Part shown: piece after piece, positions 19,585 to 28,256 of the stretch
Layout: the number at the start of each line of letters is the position of its first letter
Numbering within the stretch: position 1 is the first letter of the stretch
Assembly: GCA_021498095.1 (NCBI GenBank)
Contig: JAIZWK010000001.1
Coordinates: forward strand, 3,630,001-3,662,000
Length of the DNA stretch: 32,000 bases
Direction of reading: 5' to 3'
DNA from: Candidatus Harpocratesius repetitus
GTDB taxonomy: Archaea; Asgardarchaeota; Lokiarchaeia; Sigyniarchaeales; Promethearchaeaceae
The notes under the pieces: generated by a model
What the model saw: the letters and a program-made list of their open reading frames with translations, nothing else
Database searches by the model: none
What the model was told of the DNA's origin: nothing
Translations under genes and position numbers: made by a program

Positions 19585-20058
19585 ATGATTGAAATCTCTC
19601 CTTTAAAGCCAGATCATGATTTTAATGGATTTGATTGCGGAGAAAAATTAATTAATGATTTTCTGAAAAATGAATCAAGAAATCAGCAAAAATGGAATAT
19701 TTCCAATATTTATGTAATTTATAAAGATAACAAGGTTATAGCTTATTCTGCATTGTTTTCTTGCCACTTTAGATACAAAAATGAAGAATTAAATAGAAAA
19801 GTGAGAATTCCAGGAATATGTATTGGTCAACTAGGTGTAGATAAAAAATATAAAAAGAATGGGTTAGGGAAATATTTAATTCAACATTCAATATCAGTCG
19901 CAAATAAAATAAGAAAACTAGTTGGTTGTAGAATAATTTATGTTGAAGCTTTAGAAAATGCGAAGAAATATTGGGAAAGATTCAATTTTAAAGAAATTGA
20001 AAAAAAAGGAAAAAATCAATTTAAAATGGTATTTGATATTAATTGTAATGATGAATAA
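19585..20058 (+). CDS. GNAT acetyltransferase, AtaT/TacT-like
   Basis: 'FDCGE..IN.FLK', 'IPGICIGQLGVDKKYKKNGLG', 'IYVEALENAKKYWERFNF'. Confidence 0.88.
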   Translation: MIEISPLKPDHDFNGFDCGEKLINDFLKNESRNQQKWNISNIYVIYKDNKVIAYSALFSCHFRYKNEELNRKVRIPGICIGQLGVDKKYKKNGLGKYLIQHSISVANKIRKLVGCRIIYVEALENAKKYWERFNFKEIEKKGKNQFKMVFDINCNDE

Positions 20059-20300
20059 TTTTTATTAATAAATAGCAAAGAATAACATTTAAACCAATTT
20101 TATGTTGCTAAATTGAAGTTCAAGTGACAATTTACTCAGTGAAAAAAGTTATTCAGAAAGCGTGTTATTATCTTTCTCATTTCTCCTTTTTTTTACCCAA
20201 TCTAATTTATCAACTATAACTATTTTTATAATGATTAACAATTTTTATTCATTAGAAGAAACTAATAATTATTACCGTGTTTTATATATCATTGAGAAAT

Positions 20301-21515
20301 ATGCCTGAAATTAACTTCACAAAAATCACTGATATGGATATCAAGAATAAGAAAATTTTGGTTCGTGTCGACATTAACTCTAGTATTGATTTAGAAAAGC
20401 ACGAAATTCGAAGCGATCCACGTATAAAAGCAATCTTACCCGCTTTAGAGGCACTTAAAGAAGCAGCTGTAGTTTTAATCGCTCATCAAAGCCGATTTGG
20501 AAAACCAGATTGTATTGATTTAGATCTACACGCACAACGTTTAAACGAATATCTTGGCGGAAGAGTGAAATTTGTGCGAGATTTGTTCGGTGATGAAGCT
20601 ATTGCTGCAATTAAAGCACTACAACCTGGAGAAATTTTATTATTAAATAATGTTAGACTCTGGAAAACCGAAACTGAAGTTAAAAGTATTGAAGAAGCTG
20701 AACAAACGGAACTTATAACCAAATTATCACCACTTTTTGATTATTTTGTCAATGATGCATTTGGAGCAGCTCATCGAGCCCATGTTTCGTTAATTGGTTG
20801 GCCAACGATTTGTGCAGGACCAACAGTAGAACGTGAACTAAAAATGGTGCAGAAACTCTTTAAACCGGAAAAACCTTCTGTGTGGTTAGTTGGGGGAGCG
20901 AAAGCATGGGATAAATTTCAAGCACTTTCCTTCAACTTAGAGAATGGAAGCATTGATAAAGCATTAGTTTGTGGCTTGACTGCAATTCTTATCTTAGAAG
21001 CTAAAGGAATTTCAATGGGGGATGCAAACAAGAAATTTATTGCAGATGATTTAGAAGCCCATAAAGATGAAATTCGTGCAGTCTATGAAAAATATGCGGA
21101 TTCTATTGAATTACCTCTCGATTTGGCATATGAAGAAAATGGAATTAGAAAAGAAGCACCTACTAAAGAAGCAGGCGCATTAAATGTATCAACTGGAGAT
21201 ATAGGGCAAAAAACCATTGAAAAATATAAAACAATTCTTAAAGAAGCAAAAACAATTGTTGCCAACGGTCCCCCCGGAATTTTCGAAAATGAAAACTTTA
21301 AACAATCATCATTTGAAATCGTAGAAGCTATGGCTGCTGCTGCCGATGCAGGTGCATTTGTGGCAATTGGTGGAGGGGATATGGGAGCTGTGGCAGAAAT
21401 GTCTGGATATGGAGACAAGATCACGATTTCAACTGGTGGTGGAGCATTACTAAAAATCCTGAGTGGTAAAGATTTACCATTATTACAAGTACTTCGAAAT
21501 AAAATGCCAAAATAA
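20301..21515 (+). CDS. pgk: Phosphoglycerate kinase, archaeal type
   Basis: RVDINS, AHQSR, NDAFGAAHR, GGAK, NGPPGIFE, GGGD, STGGGA. Likely ATG 20301; the ORF track starts at GTG 20277. Confidence 0.97.
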   Translation: MPEINFTKITDMDIKNKKILVRVDINSSIDLEKHEIRSDPRIKAILPALEALKEAAVVLIAHQSRFGKPDCIDLDLHAQRLNEYLGGRVKFVRDLFGDEAIAAIKALQPGEILLLNNVRLWKTETEVKSIEEAEQTELITKLSPLFDYFVNDAFGAAHRAHVSLIGWPTICAGPTVERELKMVQKLFKPEKPSVWLVGGAKAWDKFQALSFNLENGSIDKALVCGLTAILILEAKGISMGDANKKFIADDLEAHKDEIRAVYEKYADSIELPLDLAYEENGIRKEAPTKEAGALNVSTGDIGQKTIEKYKTILKEAKTIVANGPPGIFENENFKQSSFEIVEAMAAAADAGAFVAIGGGDMGAVAEMSGYGDKITISTGGGALLKILSGKDLPLLQVLRNKMPK

Positions 21516-21550
21516 GATTTAAAAATATATTATCAAATTAAGTTGTCATT

Positions 21551-21777
21551 ATAATTGAGGATATTTTATCTTTTTTAATTTAAACGCTTTTTTGAATATC
21601 ATTTATATATATCCGACTTAAATCTGAAATGTCGCAATTCTTTTTTTGTCGAACTCGATTTTTTCAAAGAATTTGTTAAATATTTACCATCCTGTTTATA
21701 AATTCTTCAATTTGAAGTCGATTCTATTAAAATTATTGATTTTCATACCTTGAATTTGGTACGTTGATAAAATCGAC
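21551..21777 (+). repeat. 227-bp dispersed repeat (arm B, 21553-21652, plus linker), ending at TCGAC
   Basis: 208/227 identity to the reverse complement of 5016-5242. Homology stops after TCGAC at 21773-21777. Confidence 0.97.
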
Positions 21778-21805
21778 TTTTTCTTTACAAAAATTTTAAT
21801 TATCG

Positions 21806-21822
21806 TAATTACATTGTAATTA
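21806..21822. promoter_or_regulatory. Palindromic operator candidate TAATTAC-ATT-GTAATTA upstream of the antitoxin
   Basis: Perfect 7-bp inverted repeat just before the ATG at 21824. AbrB/MazE antitoxins autoregulate through such palindromes. Confidence 0.65.
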
Positions 21823-21823
21823 T

Positions 21824-22078
21824 ATGGAAAAAATTAAAACGAAACTTATCCAGATTGGAAACTCTAAAGGGATTAGAATTCCCAAATATATTTTAGAAAG
21901 ATTGAATCTCCATAATAAAATTGAACTGATTATCGATGAGAAAGCAATGCAAATACATATTAAATCAGATGAAACTCCAAGAAAAAAATGGGCAGAAAAA
22001 TTTCAGCAAATGCACGAATCTGGGGATGATATGCTTTTAATCGATGATTCATTGGATTTGGAAGAATGGGATTGGTGA
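21824..22078 (+). CDS. mazE: AbrB/MazE/SpoVT-family antitoxin
   Basis: 'KLIQIGNSKGIRIPK.IL' AbrB motif and acidic 'LEEWDW' C-terminus. Confidence 0.92.
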   Translation: MEKIKTKLIQIGNSKGIRIPKYILERLNLHNKIELIIDEKAMQIHIKSDETPRKKWAEKFQQMHESGDDMLLIDDSLDLEEWDW

Positions 22079-22417
22079 AAAATTATTCCAAAAATAAAAA
22101 TTGAGCAATATTCAGTTTATCTTTTAAATTTAGATCCCTCAATTGGACATGAGATAAGAAAGACGCGGCCTTGTATAGTAATTTCACCAGATGAAATGAA
22201 TCAATATCTACAAACGATTATTATTGCTCCAATGACAACAAAATCACACGCTTATCCAACCAGAATTAAATTAACGTTTGAGGGAAAAGTAGGATGGATT
22301 GTGCTTGATCAAATTCGGACTGTGGATAAAAAAAGAATAGTCAAGAAACTTGGAACAGTAGATGCCCAAATAATAAGCAAAATCAAAGAATTAATCAGAG
22401 AAATGTTCGTAGATTAG
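22066..22417 (+). CDS. mazF: PemK/MazF toxin with frameshifted 5' end (possible pseudogene)
   Basis: 'VYLLNLDPSIGHEIRKTRPCIVISPDEMN' lies upstream of the tracked ATG at 22196. The overlapping start ATG GGA TTG GTG at 22066 is out of frame by one base at the A5 run 22078-22082. Confidence 0.88.
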
Positions 22418-22433
22418 AACGCCGGATAATTAA

Positions 22434-22603
22434 CAGATGAGGGAGATGTAGAAGTTTTAGATATTTCAAATGATGGAATTGTGAAAGTGGAATTACAAGG
22501 TCACTGTTGTGGATGTCCATATTCACGAATGACTTTAAAAAACAGGATAGAGCAAATTTTAAAGGAAAAAATTCCAGAAGTTAATGAAGTCATTAATGTA
22601 TAG
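22434..22603 (+). pseudogene. 5'-truncated duplicate of the NifU-like gene
   Basis: 163/170 identical to 22911-23080. No start codon, and an in-frame TAA lies at 22427. Confidence 0.93.
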
Positions 22604-22852
22604 ACTGAATTCTTTTTTACTTTTCATTACTTTTACCAAATTAATAAATTTATCTGAGATAGTCAACATGTGAATAAATTTCATCAAGATATATTTAAAA
22701 GTTATGCTGGATGATCAAACTTGTTCAGAATTTGATTTGTAGCGAAAAAGCTTATTCACCATAAGGATTAGATTCAATTAATTTGCTGTGATTCTATTCT
22801 TACACTTAATCAAATTCAATTTACTGAATTTATTTTGTGGAGATCGATTCAA

Positions 22853-23080
22853 ATGTCATGGAAAGATAACGTTACTCTGGTAATCAATCAATTACGCCCC
22901 AGTTTACAAGCAGATGGGGGAGATGTAGAAGTTTTAGATATTTCAGATGATGGAATTGTGAAAGTGGAATTACAAGGTCACTGTCGTGGATGTCCATATT
23001 CACAAATGACTTTAAAAAACGGGATAGAGCAAATTTTAAAGGAAAAAATTCCAGAAGTTAAAGAAGTCATTAACGTATAG
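22853..23080 (+). CDS. NifU/Nfu C-terminal-domain Fe-S cluster carrier
   Basis: 'LRPSLQADGGDVE...V.V.LQGHCRGCPYSQMTLKNGIE' Nfu CxxC signature. Likely start ATG 22853. Confidence 0.95.
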   Translation: MSWKDNVTLVINQLRPSLQADGGDVEVLDISDDGIVKVELQGHCRGCPYSQMTLKNGIEQILKEKIPEVKEVINV

Positions 23081-23276
23081 ACTTAATTCTTTTTTATTTT
23101 TGATAATAAAATTATATTAAGAAATATTTTCATTACTTTAAGGAAGTTCCCATCCGATAAATTCGCGCTCATATACGGTTTGTAAATATCGGAATAATGG
23201 TTCTTTTTCAAATGCCAATTTTTTATTTATAATGGTCATTAAAATATTTCTCCAATAAATTCTGTTTTTTCTCAAA

Positions 23277-24362
23277 TTATTTTTCTAAAATTTGTTTTTT
23301 AATCTTCTCAAAAATTTCATTTCCTCTTGAAAAGGGACATACTTTTACGCAAATGCTGCAACCTTGCATTTTATTAAATTGTGGATGGCATTTAATGGGA
23401 TCTAAACAGCGGGATAATTTTCCTATTGTTTCAACATTAGTTTTATATACAGATTTTGTTTCTTGAATTGCATCCGGTGGGCAATATTTTTGACATAATT
23501 TACAAATCCTACAATATTTTTCAATCCAAGAATGTTCAGTTGAATCTGTATATGCAAATACAGGATGTTCAATATAAATGGGAGCAATACGCTGACGTTG
23601 TCCAAATTCAGGAGTGATCAGAAGTCCGTTCATTCCTTGCCATCCTAACCCTGCTTTTGCCGCTAAAGGCACGTATGAAACCAATCCACCAAGAGGATGG
23701 TTAGGCTGACAGCGAATACCATGTTTTCGCAACCATTTAGCAATATCTAATACAGCTTTACCTAAGTGATTATACACACGGATTGTTTCAAATCCTGCTT
23801 TAGCGCGTGGTGCAGTATCAATTCGATCTTTTTTCATCTCTTCGATTAATACTAAAGCATAAGGAAAAAGGATATGGCGTCCTTTTATGATTAATTCACG
23901 GGGAACCCGAGTAAACCCTATTCGATAAATTCCCCATCTATTTTTAGCGTATAAGAGTAATTTTTCCCACAAATTATCAGAATTATGGTGGAGATCTTGC
24001 TTACTATTATCATTAATGGATTTTATGGAAATATTTGGTTTTAATGTCTGAAATTGCTTATATACACCATATGCAGTGCCGAAAATTTGAGGTACAGTAA
24101 TAATTTGGGACCATAAATCATTCCAACCAAATTTATCAGTCATATTTTCCATGACGTTCAAATATTTAATACGGTCTAGTGGATTATTAAGTAGTAAATT
24201 TCGTATTTTTAAAAATCCGAATTCAGGAGAATCTTCGCAGGATTTAACAATATTGGGCATATCTCGTGTTTTTTCTAAGAAATTAAGAGTAAGTGGATTA
24301 GCTGCAGGAAAACGCAAGGATTTTATTGTTTTTTCCAGTTTTTTCAAACCAAAATCGGACAT
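23277..24362 (-). CDS. Reductive dehalogenase / QueG-like corrinoid 2x[4Fe-4S] protein
   Basis: 'PLAAKAGLGWQGMNGLLITPEFG.R.R', CxxCxxCxxxCP and C-x9-CxxCxxxCP. Confidence 0.85.
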   Translation of the reverse strand: MSDFGLKKLEKTIKSLRFPAANPLTLNFLEKTRDMPNIVKSCEDSPEFGFLKIRNLLLNNPLDRIKYLNVMENMTDKFGWNDLWSQIITVPQIFGTAYGVYKQFQTLKPNISIKSINDNSKQDLHHNSDNLWEKLLLYAKNRWGIYRIGFTRVPRELIIKGRHILFPYALVLIEEMKKDRIDTAPRAKAGFETIRVYNHLGKAVLDIAKWLRKHGIRCQPNHPLGGLVSYVPLAAKAGLGWQGMNGLLITPEFGQRQRIAPIYIEHPVFAYTDSTEHSWIEKYCRICKLCQKYCPPDAIQETKSVYKTNVETIGKLSRCLDPIKCHPQFNKMQGCSICVKVCPFSRGNEIFEKIKKQILEK

Positions 24363-24539
24363 AAGTAATTATTTATTTTAATCTGGATAAATTTAAAATT
24401 TTTAGCACTGCTCTGATTCCATCTTTATTTTTATAATTGTAAAATATAAAATCCTTATAGCAATGATATTTTTTCTTAATGATACTTATTATTTCATATA
24501 CATAATAATAACTGAATAATTCATCTATTTTTTCTTACA

Positions 24540-25037
24540 ATGAACGAGCAATCTCGACAACAATTTAAGATGATAGTAGTCGCGACTGAAAATGGACTCC
24601 CATTAGTGTCTGTGAAATTAGATAAGAATTTAAAAGAAGAATACCTCACACCATTTTTTTCATCAATTCATCAATATTCAGATCTTGGTGGTCTGCAGAG
24701 TCATCAAACAAATGTGATTATTAATGATTATGAAATTGTGATAAATCGAAAAGATGGATTAATGTTGATTGGTGTGTTTGACAAGGATATGAAAAAACTC
24801 TCAATTATGCAAGATAACATGTATAAAGTTCTTACATTATTTAAAAAAATGTATCAAGAAGAACTTGAAGCGATCCAAGAAAATAAACCAGTAGATATGA
24901 AAATTTTTAAGAAATTTGAATTTTTGATTGAAAACGCTATGCAAACGTACATTCAACAACTAAAAGAAGATGAAGAAAATCGTGATAAAGGAATATTTAC
25001 TAAACTTATAAGTTTATTTAAAAAGAAGCCAGAATAA
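24540..25037 (+). CDS. Longin-like domain protein with amphipathic C-terminal tail
   Basis: 'IVVATENGLPLVS', 'LTPFFSSIHQYS', 'VLTLFKKMY', 'FKKFE.LI', tail GIFTKLISLFKKK. Confidence 0.75.
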   Translation: MNEQSRQQFKMIVVATENGLPLVSVKLDKNLKEEYLTPFFSSIHQYSDLGGLQSHQTNVIINDYEIVINRKDGLMLIGVFDKDMKKLSIMQDNMYKVLTLFKKMYQEELEAIQENKPVDMKIFKKFEFLIENAMQTYIQQLKEDEENRDKGIFTKLISLFKKKPE

Positions 25038-25094
25038 TATTTTTCTCAATATTCATAATTGATCTTTTAAAATAAAAAAAGTATCTAAGAAATA

Positions 25095-27926
25095 TTAACT
25101 AACTAAATATTTCTTAGAGCGCCCTCTATAAAACGAAGATAACATTTCAGCAATTACTTTTATTAATTCATCTTGTTGAGTTATCGTACAAACCATTTCA
25201 TCCAATTTTTCGGTAACTGGCCCATAAAAAGCTTCTTCTTGATCGCGGTTAGCACCAAATACATTAACAGGAAAATCAGGAACTTCCCGTAAATCAATGT
25301 TATCCATTTCAACCAATTTTTTTGCTAAATCTTTATCAGTAATCTTGCAGGCAATTGTAACTTTTTGTCTCATTTTTGTTTGTTCAATGGCTTTCACAGG
25401 AAGTAAACTCATATCAGGAACGACAATTAAACAATGGAGTTTGGTTCGTCTCACCATAGCATCCAAAAATGTCATGATCGATTGTTTTGTAACTATCTGC
25501 CATGTTCCTTCAGCTTTTAATAATTCCATTTCCTTTACATCTTCCCAAACACCTTCGAATTGTTTGCGATACGTATCACTGATTTCGATAGCAGACTTAA
25601 TAGGTTCATAAATTACTTTTTCAATTGTATCAACGGCTTTAAAGAATTTTTTACCTGTATTTTCGTATTCATTAAGAGATTTTTCTCCAATCGTATCGGA
25701 TACTGTCAAAAACCCAGTATTCAAAGATTTGATTGAATCTTGTAAGTTTGACTTGTGAGTTTTTGCAGTTTCAATAAACCCATCTGTTACAGATTTAACT
25801 GAATTTATAATAGATTTTTCTGTAGAAGATAGAGTAGCATGAGAATTAGTTTCAATATCTTTGGAGATTTTGGTTATATTCCCCGCTAAAGTCGAAGAAA
25901 GAGACTCAATGGATTTTTTATTTTCTTCATTTCCTCTCTCAATAGCTCTAATGCTCTGATTAATGGTTTCAGTTATTTTTTCTTTAATTTCATTTGTCGC
26001 AGAGGTATTTTTCTGAACACTTGCTTCAATAGTTGCAGCAATTTCTCTTTTCATTGTTTTAGTTCCATCTAAAAGTGTTGAACCAAATGAATCAACATTC
26101 TTCTTTAATGTTTTAGTGTTACTGCTCTTTATCTTAGAAATCGATGAATTTAGTGATTTCGAAATGCCGTTAATCTCCTTATTTATACCAGTAACAGAAT
26201 TAACAATATTATTTTCAAATGAACTTACTTCATTTTGAATATTTTTAGTGAATGATTCAATAATACTTTGAAATTCAGTTCTAAATTCCGTTAGAAAGGA
26301 TTTTTGGGATTCAGAAAATTGTGAATGAATAGTTTGATTCATTAATTCCATACCTGATAAAATTTCGCTACTATTCTTATTAGAAACGTCGATAAGTCGA
26401 TCTGATTCTTTAATAATATTTTCAGTAAAACTAGTTAAATTCTGTTCAATTTCTGTTAATAATTTTCTTGATTCTTCAATCAGAGTTGTGTTAAATGTCG
26501 TAGCGGTTTCATTTACAGTAGTCATTAATTTACTTATTTTTTCGTTAAGTTTTTCTTTTACTACATTTATTGTGGATTTTAAAGAATTTTTACGTTGTTC
26601 GCTAACTTCTTTAATTTTTAAAACCAAATTATCCAATTCTTCACTTAAGATCTCTATATTTGAATCAAATTCGTTAGAAATGGTCGATTTTTGCTCAGTA
26701 ATTTGGGTTTCAAAATCTTTAACTCCAGTTTGCAATGTGTTATCCAAATTTGATGTGTTTTGGTTAATATTTTCTTTAAAAGAATTTTGAAGAGTTTCTA
26801 CGCTTGAAGATATTTGAGATTTTGCTGTATCGATATTTTCTGATAGTGAATTATTACGTTCTTTTAATTGATTCTCTATTGAAGCATGTTGTTCAGTCAA
26901 AAGTTCTTGAATCTTACTTAGATTTGTATTAACTTTTTGTTCTATATTCTCAATAGTTTTTCTTGAAGTTTCAGTTATATGATTAATGACAGAATCTTTT
27001 TGATTAAAAACTTCAGATTTTAATCCATTAAATGCAGCATCAATTGTTGCAGTACTTTCTTTCGCCATTTTTTCTGAAGCAACATGACTTTCTTGCTCAA
27101 TTTTATCAAAACTATTTACTGCCTGTTGGTGCCACAAATCCATACTTTTATTGATTTTGTTAACATTCTCTGAATGTTGTCTTAAAATCGATTCTGAAGC
27201 AGAATATATAGAATCTTTATAATTTATTTTACTTTCTTCAAAATGCTGCTCCATTTTTGATTCATTTTCATTTAATCCGTTAACTAGTGAGATTTTATTT
27301 TGCTCAGAAGATTGTAATGTCTCTTCCTTATTCTTAGAAATCTCAGTAATCGATTCTTCAGATAATTTGTTAAGATCGGAAGTAATTTTTGTTGTTATTT
27401 CCGAAATATTTGATTCAATTGTTGAAATACTTGATTGTTTTTGAGATTTTATTTCTTCTAAAGTTGAATTTATTGAATTGTTAATTGAATCTAATTGTGT
27501 ATCTGTGAGGGAGTTAATTTCTTGTTTGTTATCTCTAACTATGTCTCCAATATTTTTCTTAACTGAATCCATAGTAGATTTTGTGGAATCTCTTAAATCT
27601 TCTATTCCTTTTTCAACATATTTCCGATTTTTCATCATTTGTTGGACAAGTTCTTCTAATTGCTTGGTAAATCCTTCAAATGGCGCAATTGCAAAATATA
27701 CATCAACTAAACCCTTAGCTTTTGGTATTTTTTGAGCTAAACCACGTTCGACAAATTGATCAAGAATTTCCTTAATTTTGTCGTATTCAGTTTGTTGTTC
27801 TAAATTTTTATAGGCACAAACTTCTCCGATTGTTAATTTTCCTTTAATTAACAAGAGCTCATAACATGATGCTTGAAGTTCATCTAACTGTAATTGCGCT
27901 TTAGCAATTTCAACAAAATTTTTCAT
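25095..27926 (-). CDS. TrmB-like wHTH, long hendecad helical insert, and TrmB C-terminal-like domain
   Basis: N-terminus 'QASCYELLL..G.LT.GE.....IL..FVERGL......Y.A..P' is a TrmB-type HTH. About 700 aa of amphipathic repeats follow. C-terminus 'W.I....I.....M....K....IVVP...D.EEA.YG'. Confidence 0.75.
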   Translation of the reverse strand: MKNFVEIAKAQLQLDELQASCYELLLIKGKLTIGEVCAYKNLEQQTEYDKIKEILDQFVERGLAQKIPKAKGLVDVYFAIAPFEGFTKQLEELVQQMMKNRKYVEKGIEDLRDSTKSTMDSVKKNIGDIVRDNKQEINSLTDTQLDSINNSINSTLEEIKSQKQSSISTIESNISEITTKITSDLNKLSEESITEISKNKEETLQSSEQNKISLVNGLNENESKMEQHFEESKINYKDSIYSASESILRQHSENVNKINKSMDLWHQQAVNSFDKIEQESHVASEKMAKESTATIDAAFNGLKSEVFNQKDSVINHITETSRKTIENIEQKVNTNLSKIQELLTEQHASIENQLKERNNSLSENIDTAKSQISSSVETLQNSFKENINQNTSNLDNTLQTGVKDFETQITEQKSTISNEFDSNIEILSEELDNLVLKIKEVSEQRKNSLKSTINVVKEKLNEKISKLMTTVNETATTFNTTLIEESRKLLTEIEQNLTSFTENIIKESDRLIDVSNKNSSEILSGMELMNQTIHSQFSESQKSFLTEFRTEFQSIIESFTKNIQNEVSSFENNIVNSVTGINKEINGISKSLNSSISKIKSSNTKTLKKNVDSFGSTLLDGTKTMKREIAATIEASVQKNTSATNEIKEKITETINQSIRAIERGNEENKKSIESLSSTLAGNITKISKDIETNSHATLSSTEKSIINSVKSVTDGFIETAKTHKSNLQDSIKSLNTGFLTVSDTIGEKSLNEYENTGKKFFKAVDTIEKVIYEPIKSAIEISDTYRKQFEGVWEDVKEMELLKAEGTWQIVTKQSIMTFLDAMVRRTKLHCLIVVPDMSLLPVKAIEQTKMRQKVTIACKITDKDLAKKLVEMDNIDLREVPDFPVNVFGANRDQEEAFYGPVTEKLDEMVCTITQQDELIKVIAEMLSSFYRGRSKKYLVS

Positions 27927-28098
27927 TTCGATTTTTACACCATTTCTTTTTATGTAATTTTTTCTTTGATCGTCTTCATACTTATTTTTTTGGGTTCATT
28001 TACCCAAAGAATAGTAAAATATGATAAATCATTAAAAAAAATGTAAAAGATCAAATTCTATTAAAAATAATTAAATATTAGAAAAAGAAGAATTAAAA

Positions 28099-28197
28099 TG
28101 GGCCCACTCGGGCTCGAACCGAGGACCTCCTGCACGTCAAGCAGGCGTATATGCCAGAAATTCAAAGAATTTCTTATAACCACTATACTATGAGCCC
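28099..28197 (-). tRNA. tRNA-Val(GAC) with a non-canonical D-arm intron (best fit 28151-28174)
   Basis: Acceptor GGGCTCA/TGGGCCC-A, anticodon arm CCTGC-TTGACGT-GCAGG, T arm CTCGG-TTCGAGC-CCGAG. A ~24-nt insert in the D arm forms a bulge-helix-bulge. Confidence 0.95.
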
Positions 28198-28256
28198 AAA
28201 TTGAAAACAGTTAATGTACTCAAGATCCAATGGAATAAAAATATTTTGGGTTGATT

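Noticed and set aside
22076-22078. Selenocysteine read-through at the in-frame TGA between mazE and mazF
   Set aside because: The TGA is at the normal MazE C-terminus (EWDW*), not at a Cys-homologous position. A one-base frameshift explains the layout more simply.
23138-23239. Small minus-strand ORF MTIINKKLAFEKEPLFRYLQTVYEREFIGWELP
   Set aside because: Looks protein-like, but it is only 33 aa with no recognisable family. It may be a gene remnant and cannot be supported.
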